DNA of 64,000 bases. Source: Bacillota bacterium (GTDB lineage Bacteria > Bacillota > JAAYKD01). Of the stretch, positions 9,779 to 19,698 are shown in pieces. The first letter of the stretch is position 1. Each line of letters opens with the position of its first letter. Location of the stretch: contig OY762825.2 in NCBI GenBank assembly GCA_963666425.2, positions 1,568,001 to 1,632,000 of the forward strand. The letters are read 5' to 3'. The translations under genes were made by a program, and so were the position numbers. The notes beneath the pieces are model-generated. The model was not told where the DNA came from. It saw nothing but the letters and a program-made list of their open reading frames with translations, and ran no database searches.

Positions 9779-10483
9779 TCACGGTTCCATTTGTTGATTG
9801 ATGTCCTGCCAAAGGCCATTGAGAAAAGCAGTGATATCGCGGCATAACAAAGGCAAATCCTCGCTGTCGCAGATCTTATGCCAACTGCGCCGATAATAGT
9901 GCAATTGCTTTGTGTCAGTTACCAGATGACGGTCCCACCAGGCCGCGCTTTTGCGATCCACTGTTTCATCATAAATCGATTGTCCGATGAATACGGGTAA
10001 ATGCACCTCTGCGGCAAGCGGCAGTGTTGCCTGGCGCAGCCGCCAAAATGCCCAATTGGCTTTCAGATTCTGCTTCGTCATCGAGCTTGTGATCCGGTGC
10101 CAATGATATTTCCTGCCGTGTTTCCAATCGTCGCCGAGCCAGTGCAGCACGCTGGCCGCGTTACCGATATACACCGGTGTATTGATCATGACCAATGCCG
10201 CCGGCGTACGCAGTGCGGCCAACTGCAAACCGAGCAGGCCGCCCATCGAGAAGCCGACCAAAGCAACAGTCTGCTCCGGCGTTGCCAAAAGATCGTATTC
10301 TTGCAGCGCTGCCGCAATAAAGTCCGCCGCTTTGGCTCCCTTGATCTTACCCTTGTTCTTATGGCCCGGCAAGACGAAGCTGCGGCAAAGAAAACCTGCC
10401 TGCTCAAGACACATATGCAGCAACTCAATTTCTTCTATCCCACCGCCAAAGCCGTGAATCATTAGAATAACCGGCTTCTTCAT
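9779..10483 (-). CDS. Alpha/beta hydrolase (carboxylesterase-like)
   Basis: IHGFGG, LPGH and GFSMGG nucleophile elbow; DETV; His near the C-terminus. Confidence 0.88.
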   Translation of the reverse strand: MKKPVILMIHGFGGGIEEIELLHMCLEQAGFLCRSFVLPGHKNKGKIKGAKAADFIAAALQEYDLLATPEQTVALVGFSMGGLLGLQLAALRTPAALVMINTPVYIGNAASVLHWLGDDWKHGRKYHWHRITSSMTKQNLKANWAFWRLRQATLPLAAEVHLPVFIGQSIYDETVDRKSAAWWDRHLVTDTKQLHYYRRSWHKICDSEDLPLLCRDITAFLNGLWQDINQQMEP

Positions 10484-10674
10484 ACTTACTCACACCCTTT
10501 CTAGGCTTGGCTCAATTGCTTTTAACCTACTGCAGCGAGCCAATTTGCTGAATTCTACTGAACTTTGTTTTTAAAAATCCTTCATTATTTTCCTCTTGTA
10601 ACTCGTTGACCGATATGGTAAGCTGAAATGATTGAAATTGAGAGTGATTGGCAAAGAAACACGAGGTGCAAACG

Positions 10675-11355
10675 ATGAAATATAACATTATTGGCGACCA
10701 ATTACCGGTAGTCATCTGCGAGCTGCAGGAAGGTGAAACCATGCTGACCGAAAGAGGTTCTATGTGTTGGATGTCACCCAATTTGAAAATGGAAACCACC
10801 ACGAGCGGCGGTCTTGGTAAAGCTTTAGGACGCATGCTAAGCGGGGAAGCCTTATTTCAGAATCGCTATACAGCCGTCGGAAAACCCGGCAAAATCGGTT
10901 TTGCCTCCAGTTTTCCGGGATCGATTCGCGCCTTTGAGATCAGTCCGGGTCACGAATTGATTGTTCAAAAATCCGCCTTTTTGGCGAGTGAGAGTTCTGT
11001 GGAACTCTCTATCCATTTCCAGAAAAAGCTCGGTGCTGCTTTCTTTGGCGGGGAAGGCTTTATTATGCAGAAACTCTCCGGTCAAGGTACTGTTTTTCTG
11101 GAAATTGACGGTTCTGCGGTGGAATACAACCTGGATGACGGTGAATCTATGATTATCGATACCGGGTATCTGGCTGTCATGGACCCAACCTGCAGTATGG
11201 ATATTCAAACGGTCCCGGGAATCAAGAATATGCTGTTTGGCGGGGAAGGCGTTTTCAACACGGTCGTAACCGGGCCGGGTAAGATCACTCTGCAAACCAT
11301 GCCGCTCAGCGGGGTGGCCGGTGCTTTCCGTCCGTTTATCTCACCGGGTAAATAA
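10675..11355 (+). CDS. TIGR00266 / AIM24 family protein
   Basis: SGEALF, FFGGEGF and LFGGEG...GPGKITLQT repeats. Confidence 0.88.
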   Translation: MKYNIIGDQLPVVICELQEGETMLTERGSMCWMSPNLKMETTTSGGLGKALGRMLSGEALFQNRYTAVGKPGKIGFASSFPGSIRAFEISPGHELIVQKSAFLASESSVELSIHFQKKLGAAFFGGEGFIMQKLSGQGTVFLEIDGSAVEYNLDDGESMIIDTGYLAVMDPTCSMDIQTVPGIKNMLFGGEGVFNTVVTGPGKITLQTMPLSGVAGAFRPFISPGK

Positions 11356-11366
11356 GTTGTTGGAAC

Positions 11367-11408
11367 AAAAAGACGAGATCGTGCTTTTACGGTCTCGTCT
11401 TTTTTTTA
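11367..11408. terminator. Bidirectional intrinsic terminator
   Basis: AAAAAGACGAGATCGT...ACGGTCTCGTCTTTTTTT between convergent genes. Confidence 0.8.
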
Positions 11409-11428
11409 ATCTGCGCCTCGCGCACACT

Positions 11429-12097
11429 TTATTTTTGAGAACCGCAAAGTTGATTAATCTGCGCCGCGGCGGCTTTATCGGTGAAGGCCAACAACTCATC
11501 GCCGCCCTTTAAAATGGTATTTCCGCGGGGAATGATCACGTCTTTACCCCGATTCAAGGCAATCAGAACCGCGTTTTCCGGCAGATCCAACTCCTTGACC
11601 TGCCGATTCGCCGCTGCCGAGCTGTCGCTGATTGTTACCTGCACAATAGCATAATCGCCGCGATTCAGTTTCATCAGGGTCATAATGTGTTTCAGATCGA
11701 TCTCTTCCACCACGAGATGCGCCATCAGATCAGCTTGGTTTAAGCCCACATCCACACCCATTTCAGCGGTAAATAACCAGGCGTTTTGCGGATTGTTGAC
11801 TCTGGCGATCACGCGGCCTACGTTAAATTCAAACTTGGCGATGGTGGAAGCAACCAGGTTTGTTTCGTCGGCGCCGGTCACCGCCACAACCACATCGGCT
11901 GAAGCAATCCCGCAGGCCTCCAAAACGCTCGGTTCGATCCCATTGCCGGAATTGATACACTCCAATGGGATCATCTTTTTCAATTTTGCCAAAGGCGCTT
12001 CATGATTTTCAATGACCATGACAGCACAGCCATTTTCCAATAATAATTTTGCAATATAGGAACCGACTAAGCCGCCTCCGATAATGATGACTTTCAT
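11429..12097 (-). CDS. TrkA/KtrA family RCK protein
   Basis: GGGLVG Rossmann motif, AVTGADETN, ARVNNP; RCK_C IIPRGNTILKGGD. Confidence 0.9.
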   Translation of the reverse strand: MKVIIIGGGLVGSYIAKLLLENGCAVMVIENHEAPLAKLKKMIPLECINSGNGIEPSVLEACGIASADVVVAVTGADETNLVASTIAKFEFNVGRVIARVNNPQNAWLFTAEMGVDVGLNQADLMAHLVVEEIDLKHIMTLMKLNRGDYAIVQVTISDSSAAANRQVKELDLPENAVLIALNRGKDVIIPRGNTILKGGDELLAFTDKAAAAQINQLCGSQK

Positions 12098-12111
12098 TTT
12101 GTTACCTTCCA

Positions 12112-12765
12112 TTATAGCATCACCCCCAGCATGGTTTTTAATTTCTTGGCAGCCGAAGCCGCCACAGTCATGTAAAGCATATCATCCTGCTGCAGCGTGG
12201 TTCCTAGGGTGGGCAGAAAGGATTGATTATTCCGGCTGATGGCAATCACCTGAAACTCACCAATCGAGGTCAGCTCATTGACCGTTTTACCGATCAGGAG
12301 ATGCGGCACTTCGATCCGGATCAGATCTGCATTGTTGTCACCAAAGGTTAAAATAATATCCAGTTGGCTGTAGGTTAAAATATCCATCACCCGGGCAACC
12401 CCCCAGCTGGTGGTGGAGATGGTCTGAATGCCGAGGCTGCGATAGATTTCGGCGCTGCGGGGATCATATAAGCGCGCAATGGCACAGGGCACTTTATAGA
12501 TATTCTTGGATATTCTGGCGATTAAGGCATTGGAATCATCGTTTCTGGTACAGGCCACCACCGCATCCGCCTTGCGAATTTGCGCTTGTTCTAAGATCGT
12601 CTGATCAAAACCGATGCCGACGATGGTTTCTCCTTGAAAGTTCAGGCCAAGCTGTTCCAGTGCGGCTGCATTGGTATCAATTACAGTTACTTTATGACCT
12701 TTGTGCACCAGATTCAAGGCGAGCTGTGAACCAAGCTTGCCGCAGCCTACGATAATCACTTTCAT
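12112..12765 (-). CDS. TrkA/KtrA family RCK protein
   Basis: GCGKLG, ACTRNDDSN, ARLYDP; RCK_C domain. Confidence 0.9.
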   Translation of the reverse strand: MKVIIVGCGKLGSQLALNLVHKGHKVTVIDTNAAALEQLGLNFQGETIVGIGFDQTILEQAQIRKADAVVACTRNDDSNALIARISKNIYKVPCAIARLYDPRSAEIYRSLGIQTISTTSWGVARVMDILTYSQLDIILTFGDNNADLIRIEVPHLLIGKTVNELTSIGEFQVIAISRNNQSFLPTLGTTLQQDDMLYMTVAASAAKKLKTMLGVML

Positions 12766-12766
12766 T

Positions 12767-15592
12767 TTAGTTGCCTCCTGTTTTTTTTGCTTTGTCCATC
12801 CGACGGACAATCGCTTTTCTCAGTTCCTCAACCAAGAGAATTGGAATGGGAATCACCACTAAAAACAGCCACTCCTGCCAACCGATAGCCGCGGTATGAA
12901 AGGTCACCTGTAAAAAGGGAACATAGATGATGGCGCTCAGCAAGAGGATCTCAAAGACGATGCCAAAGAGCACTTTTCGATTGCTGAAGAGTCCGATTTT
13001 GAAAACGGACTCTCTTTCGGTCCGGCAGTTCAGCACCGCACCGATTTGGCTGAAGACAATCGCCGCCAACGTCATGGTCGTCGCCTTGGCATAAACGGCA
13101 CCATCGGCTGCCAGGGGAACCGCAGGCCAACCATTCAGGTAGTTAACAAAGAAATATGCCGCCATGGAAATGGCCGATCCCATCATGCCATACCAAAGAA
13201 ATGCTTTGATCACATTTCTCCGATTCAACAGACTGTCCGAACGGGAACGCGGCGGCTGATCCATGACGCCTTTTTCGGCTAATTCCGTTCCTAAGCCGAG
13301 CGCCGGCATCATATCCGTGCCCAGATCGATGGTTAAGATCTGCATGACCGTTAAAGGCAGCGGGATCAAGCCTTTGGAAAATAGAAAGGCGGCGGAAGGA
13401 ACCGCTTCCGGCATATTGCTGTTGAGAATGTAGATCAGGAATTTTCTGATGTTGCTGTAAACCGTACGGCCCTCTTCGATGGCTTTGACAATGGAAGCAA
13501 AATTATCATCCGTCAGGATCATATCTGCCGCTTCCTTGGCGACATCGGTACCTGAAATTCCCATTGCCACTCCGATATCGGCTTTTTTCAAGGCGGGGGC
13601 ATCATTCACACCGTCGCCGGTAACAGCAACGATCTCTCCCGCTGCCTGTAAATTGCAGACGACTCTGTATTTTTGTTCCGGCGCAACGCGGGCAAAGATC
13701 ACTTCACCTTTCAACGCGTCTTTTAATTCCTCATCACTTAGCTTCGCTAACTCCTGACCGGAAATGACTCTGGGGTGCTCGCCTTGAACAATGCCAATCC
13801 GCTTGGCGATGCTCTCGGCAGTCAAACCGTAATCACCGGTAATCATGATAATTCGAATGCTGGCTTTGCGGCACTGCGCTACGGCCGCCGCAACTTCCGG
13901 GCGCGGCGGATCGGCCATCACGACCAAGCCGATAAAAGTTAAATTCTGTTCTACCAATTCCGGCGTATAGGCGCTCAAAGCAGTCGGCAGCTGACTCTCG
14001 CCGGTGATGGTACGGCAGGCAATGGCCAGAACCCGCAAGCCGTTGCGGGCGTAGCGGTCGTTGGCCTGCATGGCTTCAGCGCGCTGTTCTTCTGTAATCG
14101 CTTCCACTCGGCCGGAGCGCTGAATTTCTGTGCACAAATCCAAGATTTCCTTGGGAGCACCTTTGACATAAGCGATTCGACCACCGTTTTTCTGGCTGCT
14201 GTTTTGATGGATCGTTGTCATTCTTTTACGCCTGGAATCGAAGGGCAGCTCTCTGATTCTTGGCATTTGGCTGGCCGTTTCTTCTAGGTTAAGCCCGGCT
14301 TTGGCGGCAACCACCGACAGACAAGCTTCGGTTGGGTCACCCAAAACGGTATAGCGATCGGACTCCGCATCGGGCGGAACCAAACGGGCATTGCTGCAAA
14401 GACCGGCTGCAGTCAGCAGCAGTTTCAGGTCCGCATCGCCAAGAGCGCTAACCGGCTTGCCGTCTTGCATGACTTGACCGATTGGCGCGTAGCCCTGACC
14501 GGTCACCGTCAATTCCTGACCCGGCAGCCATAAGTTATTAACCGTCATTTCGTTTTGGGTCAGTGTGCCGGTTTTATCGGAACAAATCACTGTAGTACAA
14601 CCTAGAGTCTCCACCGCGGACAAGCGTTTGACCAAGGCATGTTCTTTGGCCATCCGCTGCACTGCCATCGCCAGGGATAAGGTGACGGTTGGCAATAAGC
14701 CTTCCGGAATAAAGGCAACGATCATGCCCAAGGCAAAAATAAAAGCCTGCGCCACCGGTTGTTTCACGAAGAAAACGGCAGCAATAAAGAAGACCGCACC
14801 GGCAGCCAGAGCCATAAAGGAAACCTGCTTGGTCAGTTGGTCCAGTTCTTTTTGCAGCGGACTCTGCTCTTCTTTCATTTCCTGGGTCAAACCGGCAATC
14901 TTGCCGAACTCTGTTTGCATTCCGGTTGTGATCACCACTGCTTTGGCCGTGCCGCTGGCAACACTGGTTCCGGCGAAAATCAGATTCGGAATCTCAAAGC
15001 GGGACAAACCTTCTCTAAGCACCGGATCGTGCGTTTTGCGAATCGGATTGGATTCCCCGGTCAGGGTTGACTGATCAATTTGAAAATCACTGGTATCCAA
15101 CAAGCGGGCGTCAGCGGAAATTTTGTCGCCTTCCTGCAGTAAGATCATATCACCCGGAGTCAGGTCTTCCGTCAAGATTTGCTGTTCTTTCTTTTCCCGG
15201 ATCACTCTGGCATAGGACGGCAGCATTTTCTTCAGGGCTTCTGTTGCTTTCCCGGCGCGGAATTCCTGCCAAAAGCTAAAAACGCCGTTGATCAGATTGA
15301 CCAACCAGATCGCAACAGCCAATTCGGGCATGTCGGCAAAGAAGGCGATGATGCCTCCGATCCATAAGAGCACTGCCATCAGGCTGATGAAATTGCCGGC
15401 AAAAACCAAAATGATTGATTTGCCTTTCTTCTCGCTGAGAATATTCTTGCCGTAGATCTCGAGATTCCGCTCGACTTCCACAGTCGTTAAACCATCCGGC
15501 CGGGTCTGCATTGTTTGACAGGCCTCCGACGCAGTCAGTTGCTGGATCGTCTCGATTTTCTTTTCTATAACCATTTGCTTTTGTTCACTCAT
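12767..15592 (-). CDS. Cation-transporting P-type ATPase (P2, with Na+/K+-ATPase-like TM motifs)
   Basis: TGES, PEGL, CSDKTGTLT, KGAP, TGDGVND, SNMPE and IDLGTD motifs. Confidence 0.93.
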   Translation of the reverse strand: MSEQKQMVIEKKIETIQQLTASEACQTMQTRPDGLTTVEVERNLEIYGKNILSEKKGKSIILVFAGNFISLMAVLLWIGGIIAFFADMPELAVAIWLVNLINGVFSFWQEFRAGKATEALKKMLPSYARVIREKKEQQILTEDLTPGDMILLQEGDKISADARLLDTSDFQIDQSTLTGESNPIRKTHDPVLREGLSRFEIPNLIFAGTSVASGTAKAVVITTGMQTEFGKIAGLTQEMKEEQSPLQKELDQLTKQVSFMALAAGAVFFIAAVFFVKQPVAQAFIFALGMIVAFIPEGLLPTVTLSLAMAVQRMAKEHALVKRLSAVETLGCTTVICSDKTGTLTQNEMTVNNLWLPGQELTVTGQGYAPIGQVMQDGKPVSALGDADLKLLLTAAGLCSNARLVPPDAESDRYTVLGDPTEACLSVVAAKAGLNLEETASQMPRIRELPFDSRRKRMTTIHQNSSQKNGGRIAYVKGAPKEILDLCTEIQRSGRVEAITEEQRAEAMQANDRYARNGLRVLAIACRTITGESQLPTALSAYTPELVEQNLTFIGLVVMADPPRPEVAAAVAQCRKASIRIIMITGDYGLTAESIAKRIGIVQGEHPRVISGQELAKLSDEELKDALKGEVIFARVAPEQKYRVVCNLQAAGEIVAVTGDGVNDAPALKKADIGVAMGISGTDVAKEAADMILTDDNFASIVKAIEEGRTVYSNIRKFLIYILNSNMPEAVPSAAFLFSKGLIPLPLTVMQILTIDLGTDMMPALGLGTELAEKGVMDQPPRSRSDSLLNRRNVIKAFLWYGMMGSAISMAAYFFVNYLNGWPAVPLAADGAVYAKATTMTLAAIVFSQIGAVLNCRTERESVFKIGLFSNRKVLFGIVFEILLLSAIIYVPFLQVTFHTAAIGWQEWLFLVVIPIPILLVEELRKAIVRRMDKAKKTGGN

Positions 15593-15756
15593 TGTAAAAA
15601 CCTCATTTATTTTTCCAGAAATTTACTATTGATTATAGCTCTTTCCGAATCAATTTACAAGTACTAGATCAGAAGATGAAACGAGGCGCGCGGTAGAATT
15701 GGTATTGAATTGCCAATGCAACAATCATTTTAGTATTTAAGCAAAATACTCGTCAA

Positions 15757-15797
15757 AGAAGGCGGAACCGCTGCTCAAAACGGTTCCGCCTTTTTTG
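15757..15797. terminator. Intrinsic terminator hairpin
   Basis: AAGGCGGAACCG...CGGTTCCGCCTTTTTT downstream of citG. Confidence 0.75.
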
Positions 15798-15859
15798 TAT
15801 GCAAACCAGATGTCTACTCTGTTTGCCGTGGCGCAACCGATTGATGAGTTTTTCGCAAA

Positions 15860-16714
15860 TCATCGTATTGTTGTTAGCGCTGACGTTTTACAGGTAAGTC
15901 GATCTAGGAATAAGGTCAAAGCCAATAAATCGGCAGAGCCACCCGGGCTGATATGCAGAGCGATCAATTCCTGATCGAACTGCCTTACCGCGGCCAGACT
16001 GAATTCCTGGCAGATCTCTGCCGCTCTCTGCTGCACCAAAGCCACTCCGATCTGACCTTTGCGGGAAAGCACATTGGTATCCGTCACCTGCTGCATGAAG
16101 TGCAGCAGCGTATGCACGCCTGCTTCGTTGGCATCACAGCCTTCTGCGATCAGCCTTTGATAAAACGGCAGACCGTACTGCCGCACCGATGCAAAACCGC
16201 TTTCTGCTTCTCCCCGCGCACCCAGCGCTCCCGGCGGCGGCTCTGCGCTTTTTTGCTGGCTGCTTCGCGCCGACGCGTAGGCAACACCCAATTCGCGCTG
16301 ACAGATCCCCGCCGTCATGGCAGCAATAGTCTGACAGAGCTGCTCGGCCGTGGGCATCGCGTTGCTGCAGTAACCCACAGCAGCGCAAAGCAAACCCAAA
16401 GAGAAGAGTGCCCCCTTGTGGGTATTGACACCGCCGGTCGCTGCAAACATGGCTGCCTCACCGGCACGTCCAATTTGACGCAGGTCGGGCAGCAGTTGAG
16501 CCGGAGATCTTTGCCGGTGCTGCTCTGCAAACGCCGCCAGAGCGGCAAAGCAGGGTTCTACAGCGGCAGCGCTGAGGGTGAAGGTTGTCAGATTCATATC
16601 GCAATGCGCGCCGCTGTTGCTGCGGTCGACTAGACCTGGTTTGGGTGTCAGATTGACCTCCTCCAGCAAAGCTAATTTGGCCAGGGATGCAATTTCATTT
16701 GCTGTCAGACGCAT
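15860..16714 (-). CDS. citG: Triphosphoribosyl-dephospho-CoA synthase
   Basis: TPKPGLVD, GAHCDM, GVNTHKG, DTN and SPGGSADLL motifs. Confidence 0.93.
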   Translation of the reverse strand: MRLTANEIASLAKLALLEEVNLTPKPGLVDRSNSGAHCDMNLTTFTLSAAAVEPCFAALAAFAEQHRQRSPAQLLPDLRQIGRAGEAAMFAATGGVNTHKGALFSLGLLCAAVGYCSNAMPTAEQLCQTIAAMTAGICQRELGVAYASARSSQQKSAEPPPGALGARGEAESGFASVRQYGLPFYQRLIAEGCDANEAGVHTLLHFMQQVTDTNVLSRKGQIGVALVQQRAAEICQEFSLAAVRQFDQELIALHISPGGSADLLALTLFLDRLTCKTSALTTIR

Positions 16715-17721
16715 GCCATCAGCTCCTGTCGATGCTGGTTCAGGTAGCGCATGGTGCTCGAGGGCACCATCAGCGCGATGTCGTCCCAGTCACTTTGGGT
16801 CAGTAAAGCACGCACGCGGCTGGCGCTGATGATACTGCCGTCTTGGGTCCGCTGGCGCGGGATGATTTCAACCGCAATCCCGGCCGCAGGCAGGATTTGC
16901 TGCATGCGCTCGTTATATTGCGCGGTCAGCGCATCCAGCGGTTCTTCACCGGCAAAGCGGCGGGAAATTGCCAGGGCCGGAGCCAAATAACGCGTAAAAA
17001 GCGTGAGATCCAAATCGATCTGCACCGCAGCGGCAACCCCGGCGCTTTTTAGAAAATAAGCGGGAAACAAGCCGGCTGCAATACTGTAGGGTCCGCCGGC
17101 ATGCATTTTCACCTTCGCTAAATGCGCTGTGCCTGCCTCCAACATCTGCCAACGAGCGGCAAAGGAAAAGAGAGGCTGTTCTGTCTGCAGCAATAAAACG
17201 TGAACCGTATCGCTGACCGCTGCCGCCGCTTCGATTAAGGCGAGATGGCCCAGCGTAAAGGGATTGCAGTTCATCACAATGCCTGAGCTGCAGCCAGGCT
17301 GTTTTGCTTTGGCAAGCGCCTGGCAAAAGCGAGCAATGCCGCGTTTTTCACTTTCTAAAAACAAGACATCGTCTGTGGCTGCCACAGCGGTAAAGGCCAG
17401 GTTTTGAAAAACGGCCAAATTTCGCGGTTTAGTAAAAACAAAAATGTTGTCGATGCCGCTGCTTTGCATTTGCTGACGCAGATGGGTCACCAGCTGATTA
17501 ATCAAGCCCAACCCTTCCGCTTCCGGTAAGACTGCGATACACTTCATGGTGTTGCCGCTGTAACCGCCGCCGGCTATGAGCTGCTCGCCGCAAAACAGGC
17601 CGGCGTAATAATCCAGCGCTTCACGGCGCAGCCCTGCTTGCCCGAGTAATTCATCGACCTGCTTTTGCACGGCAGGCAGCGACAGCGGCAGGCTGCGCAA
17701 TTCCGGCAGGCAATTCATCAT
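16705..17721 (-). CDS. citC: [Citrate (pro-3S)-lyase] ligase
   Basis: FVFTKP, VMNCNPFTLGH, FPAYF, GEEP and ISASRVR motifs. Confidence 0.93.
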   Translation of the reverse strand: MMNCLPELRSLPLSLPAVQKQVDELLGQAGLRREALDYYAGLFCGEQLIAGGGYSGNTMKCIAVLPEAEGLGLINQLVTHLRQQMQSSGIDNIFVFTKPRNLAVFQNLAFTAVAATDDVLFLESEKRGIARFCQALAKAKQPGCSSGIVMNCNPFTLGHLALIEAAAAVSDTVHVLLLQTEQPLFSFAARWQMLEAGTAHLAKVKMHAGGPYSIAAGLFPAYFLKSAGVAAAVQIDLDLTLFTRYLAPALAISRRFAGEEPLDALTAQYNERMQQILPAAGIAVEIIPRQRTQDGSIISASRVRALLTQSDWDDIALMVPSSTMRYLNQHRQELMACV

Positions 17722-18239
17722 GTAATATCACCCATTTCAAAATGACTGACCATTTGTTCAATTTTAGCCAAAAGCTCCGCCAGAGGATGGCTGCGATTTC
17801 TGGCGCAGGCTGCCCCGTCTTCGGAGCAGAGCAAACACGGACGCGGCGGATACGCCAGTTCACGGCGGCCGATCTGTTTGCCATCCGCAGCAAAGACATC
17901 CAGATCGAACAAGCGGCCCAGCGCATGTTCGTTTTCAATCCGGCAGAGCGCCTGCTTGACCAGGAAAGCATCCGTTGGTAAAACAAAATAAGCCTCGCAG
18001 CCGGTCGCCCGGTAAATTTGCCGGCGATAACTGATCTGATCGGCAAAAACCGCTTCCACCGCAGCCAGCGCGGCGGCAAAGATAACTTCGCTGTGATGAT
18101 TCCGCTTAACCGGCCCCGGCAGATTGACGTTCAGGCAAATAAGAGTGGAGTGATAGGTCCGCAGCAGTTGCTGCTGCAGCAAAGCCCGTGCATCTCTTAC
18201 GCAAAGCATTTCACTCAAAGTCACCGCATGTTCAAGCAT
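17718..18239 (-). CDS. citX: Apo-citrate lyase phosphoribosyl-dephospho-CoA transferase
   Basis: PGPVK, LGRLFDLDV and RPCLLC...CARNRSH motifs. Confidence 0.92.
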   Translation of the reverse strand: MLEHAVTLSEMLCVRDARALLQQQLLRTYHSTLICLNVNLPGPVKRNHHSEVIFAAALAAVEAVFADQISYRRQIYRATGCEAYFVLPTDAFLVKQALCRIENEHALGRLFDLDVFAADGKQIGRRELAYPPRPCLLCSEDGAACARNRSHPLAELLAKIEQMVSHFEMGDIT

Positions 18240-19698
18240 GCTCGTTCATTTGATGCACACGATCTATTACCGTACCGTCCGGTGCTGTTACGAGCGCCAC
18301 CACCCGCTCTGTAAAAGGCAAGGCATCCGGCTTGCCGGCAATTTGCTCCGCCAGATCTTTCAGCTGTTCGATGGTTGTTAACCGAATCCCGGCCGCTTGC
18401 AGCGTCTTCTGCAAGTCCGCTCGCAGCGGATTCACCGCCACACCGCGGTCAGTGACCAAAACATCGCAGTTTTTTCCCTCTGTACAAATGGTATTGACCT
18501 GCTGCACAACACAAGGAATGCGGCCACGCAGCAGAGGTGTGACCAGAACGGTCAGAGCCGCCCCGGCGGCGGTATCCGAATGTCCGCCGATGGCACCGCG
18601 AATGATCCCGTCCGAGCCGGTCAGTACGTTGACATTGAAGGCAGTATCCACCTCCAAAGCGGATAGAATCACCACATCCAACTGATGAATCAGCGAACCG
18701 GCATCAAAAGGATTAGCGTATTGATTGCCGTCTATTTCAAAATGATTGGCGTTGCTGCCCAATGACTGCGCCGCTTCCAGGTCGAAATCCTGGACGTCGA
18801 ACAATTGGCCAATCAAACCCTCTTCCTGTAGATGAACCATCTGCGCCGTAATGCCGCCCAAGGCAAAGCGCGCCTTGACCCCTTGCTCCAGCATCGCTTC
18901 TTTTAGAAAACGGGTAACGGCCAGGGCTGCCCCACCGCTGCCTGTCTGCAAAGAAAAGCCATCCTGAAAATAACCGGAAGCAATGATTACCTGCGCCGCG
19001 CGCTCGGCAATCAGCAAATCGCGGGGGTTTTGGCTGAAACGGGTCGCCCCGCTGGATATTTTGGCGGAATCACCGATGGAATCGAGCAAGACTACGCAGT
19101 CTACTTCGCTCGACGGGATACTCGGCGCAGCGAGGGGAGCAGCAACCAAGTAATTGGTCAGGATCACCGTTTTTTTCGCATAGTGTGCATCCACTTTGGC
19201 ATAACCCAGGCTGCCGCAGATATCGACGCCTTCGCTCTGGTTACGCAGCACGCCGGCAGCATTGCCATAAACATCCGCCACGCTGGCACCTAAAAAGGCA
19301 ATATCAATTGGCAGGCGGCCATCGGCAATGGCTGCCGCCCGTCCGCCATGACTGCGGAAAACAACCGGTTCACTTAAAAGACCATGCGAAATCGCCTCGG
19401 CCAGTTTGCCGCGGCAACCCGAGCTTTCCATATGCGTCACTACGCCATTTTTGATATGTTCAAGCAAAGGCGCATGCACATCGGTCAGCGAGCTAGGCGC
19501 CAATTTCAGGTCATGGAAGCCCATTTTGGCAATCACCGCCATAACTTGATTTAAAACCTGATCACCTTCCCGAAAATGATGGTGAAATGAGATCGTCATA
19601 CCGTCCTGCAGTCCCATCTGTTGGATGGCCTGCTCGAGCGAGGCAGCCAATTTATCCGGCCGTTTTTCAACGACGGTATGCTCAGAAACTTTGTTCAT
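18232..19698 (-). CDS. citF: Citrate lyase alpha subunit
   Basis: DGMTISFHHHFREGD, RSHGGR, QTGSGG and GAIGGHSD motifs. Confidence 0.95.
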   Translation of the reverse strand: MNKVSEHTVVEKRPDKLAASLEQAIQQMGLQDGMTISFHHHFREGDQVLNQVMAVIAKMGFHDLKLAPSSLTDVHAPLLEHIKNGVVTHMESSGCRGKLAEAISHGLLSEPVVFRSHGGRAAAIADGRLPIDIAFLGASVADVYGNAAGVLRNQSEGVDICGSLGYAKVDAHYAKKTVILTNYLVAAPLAAPSIPSSEVDCVVLLDSIGDSAKISSGATRFSQNPRDLLIAERAAQVIIASGYFQDGFSLQTGSGGAALAVTRFLKEAMLEQGVKARFALGGITAQMVHLQEEGLIGQLFDVQDFDLEAAQSLGSNANHFEIDGNQYANPFDAGSLIHQLDVVILSALEVDTAFNVNVLTGSDGIIRGAIGGHSDTAAGAALTVLVTPLLRGRIPCVVQQVNTICTEGKNCDVLVTDRGVAVNPLRADLQKTLQAAGIRLTTIEQLKDLAEQIAGKPDALPFTERVVALVTAPDGTVIDRVHQMNEHA

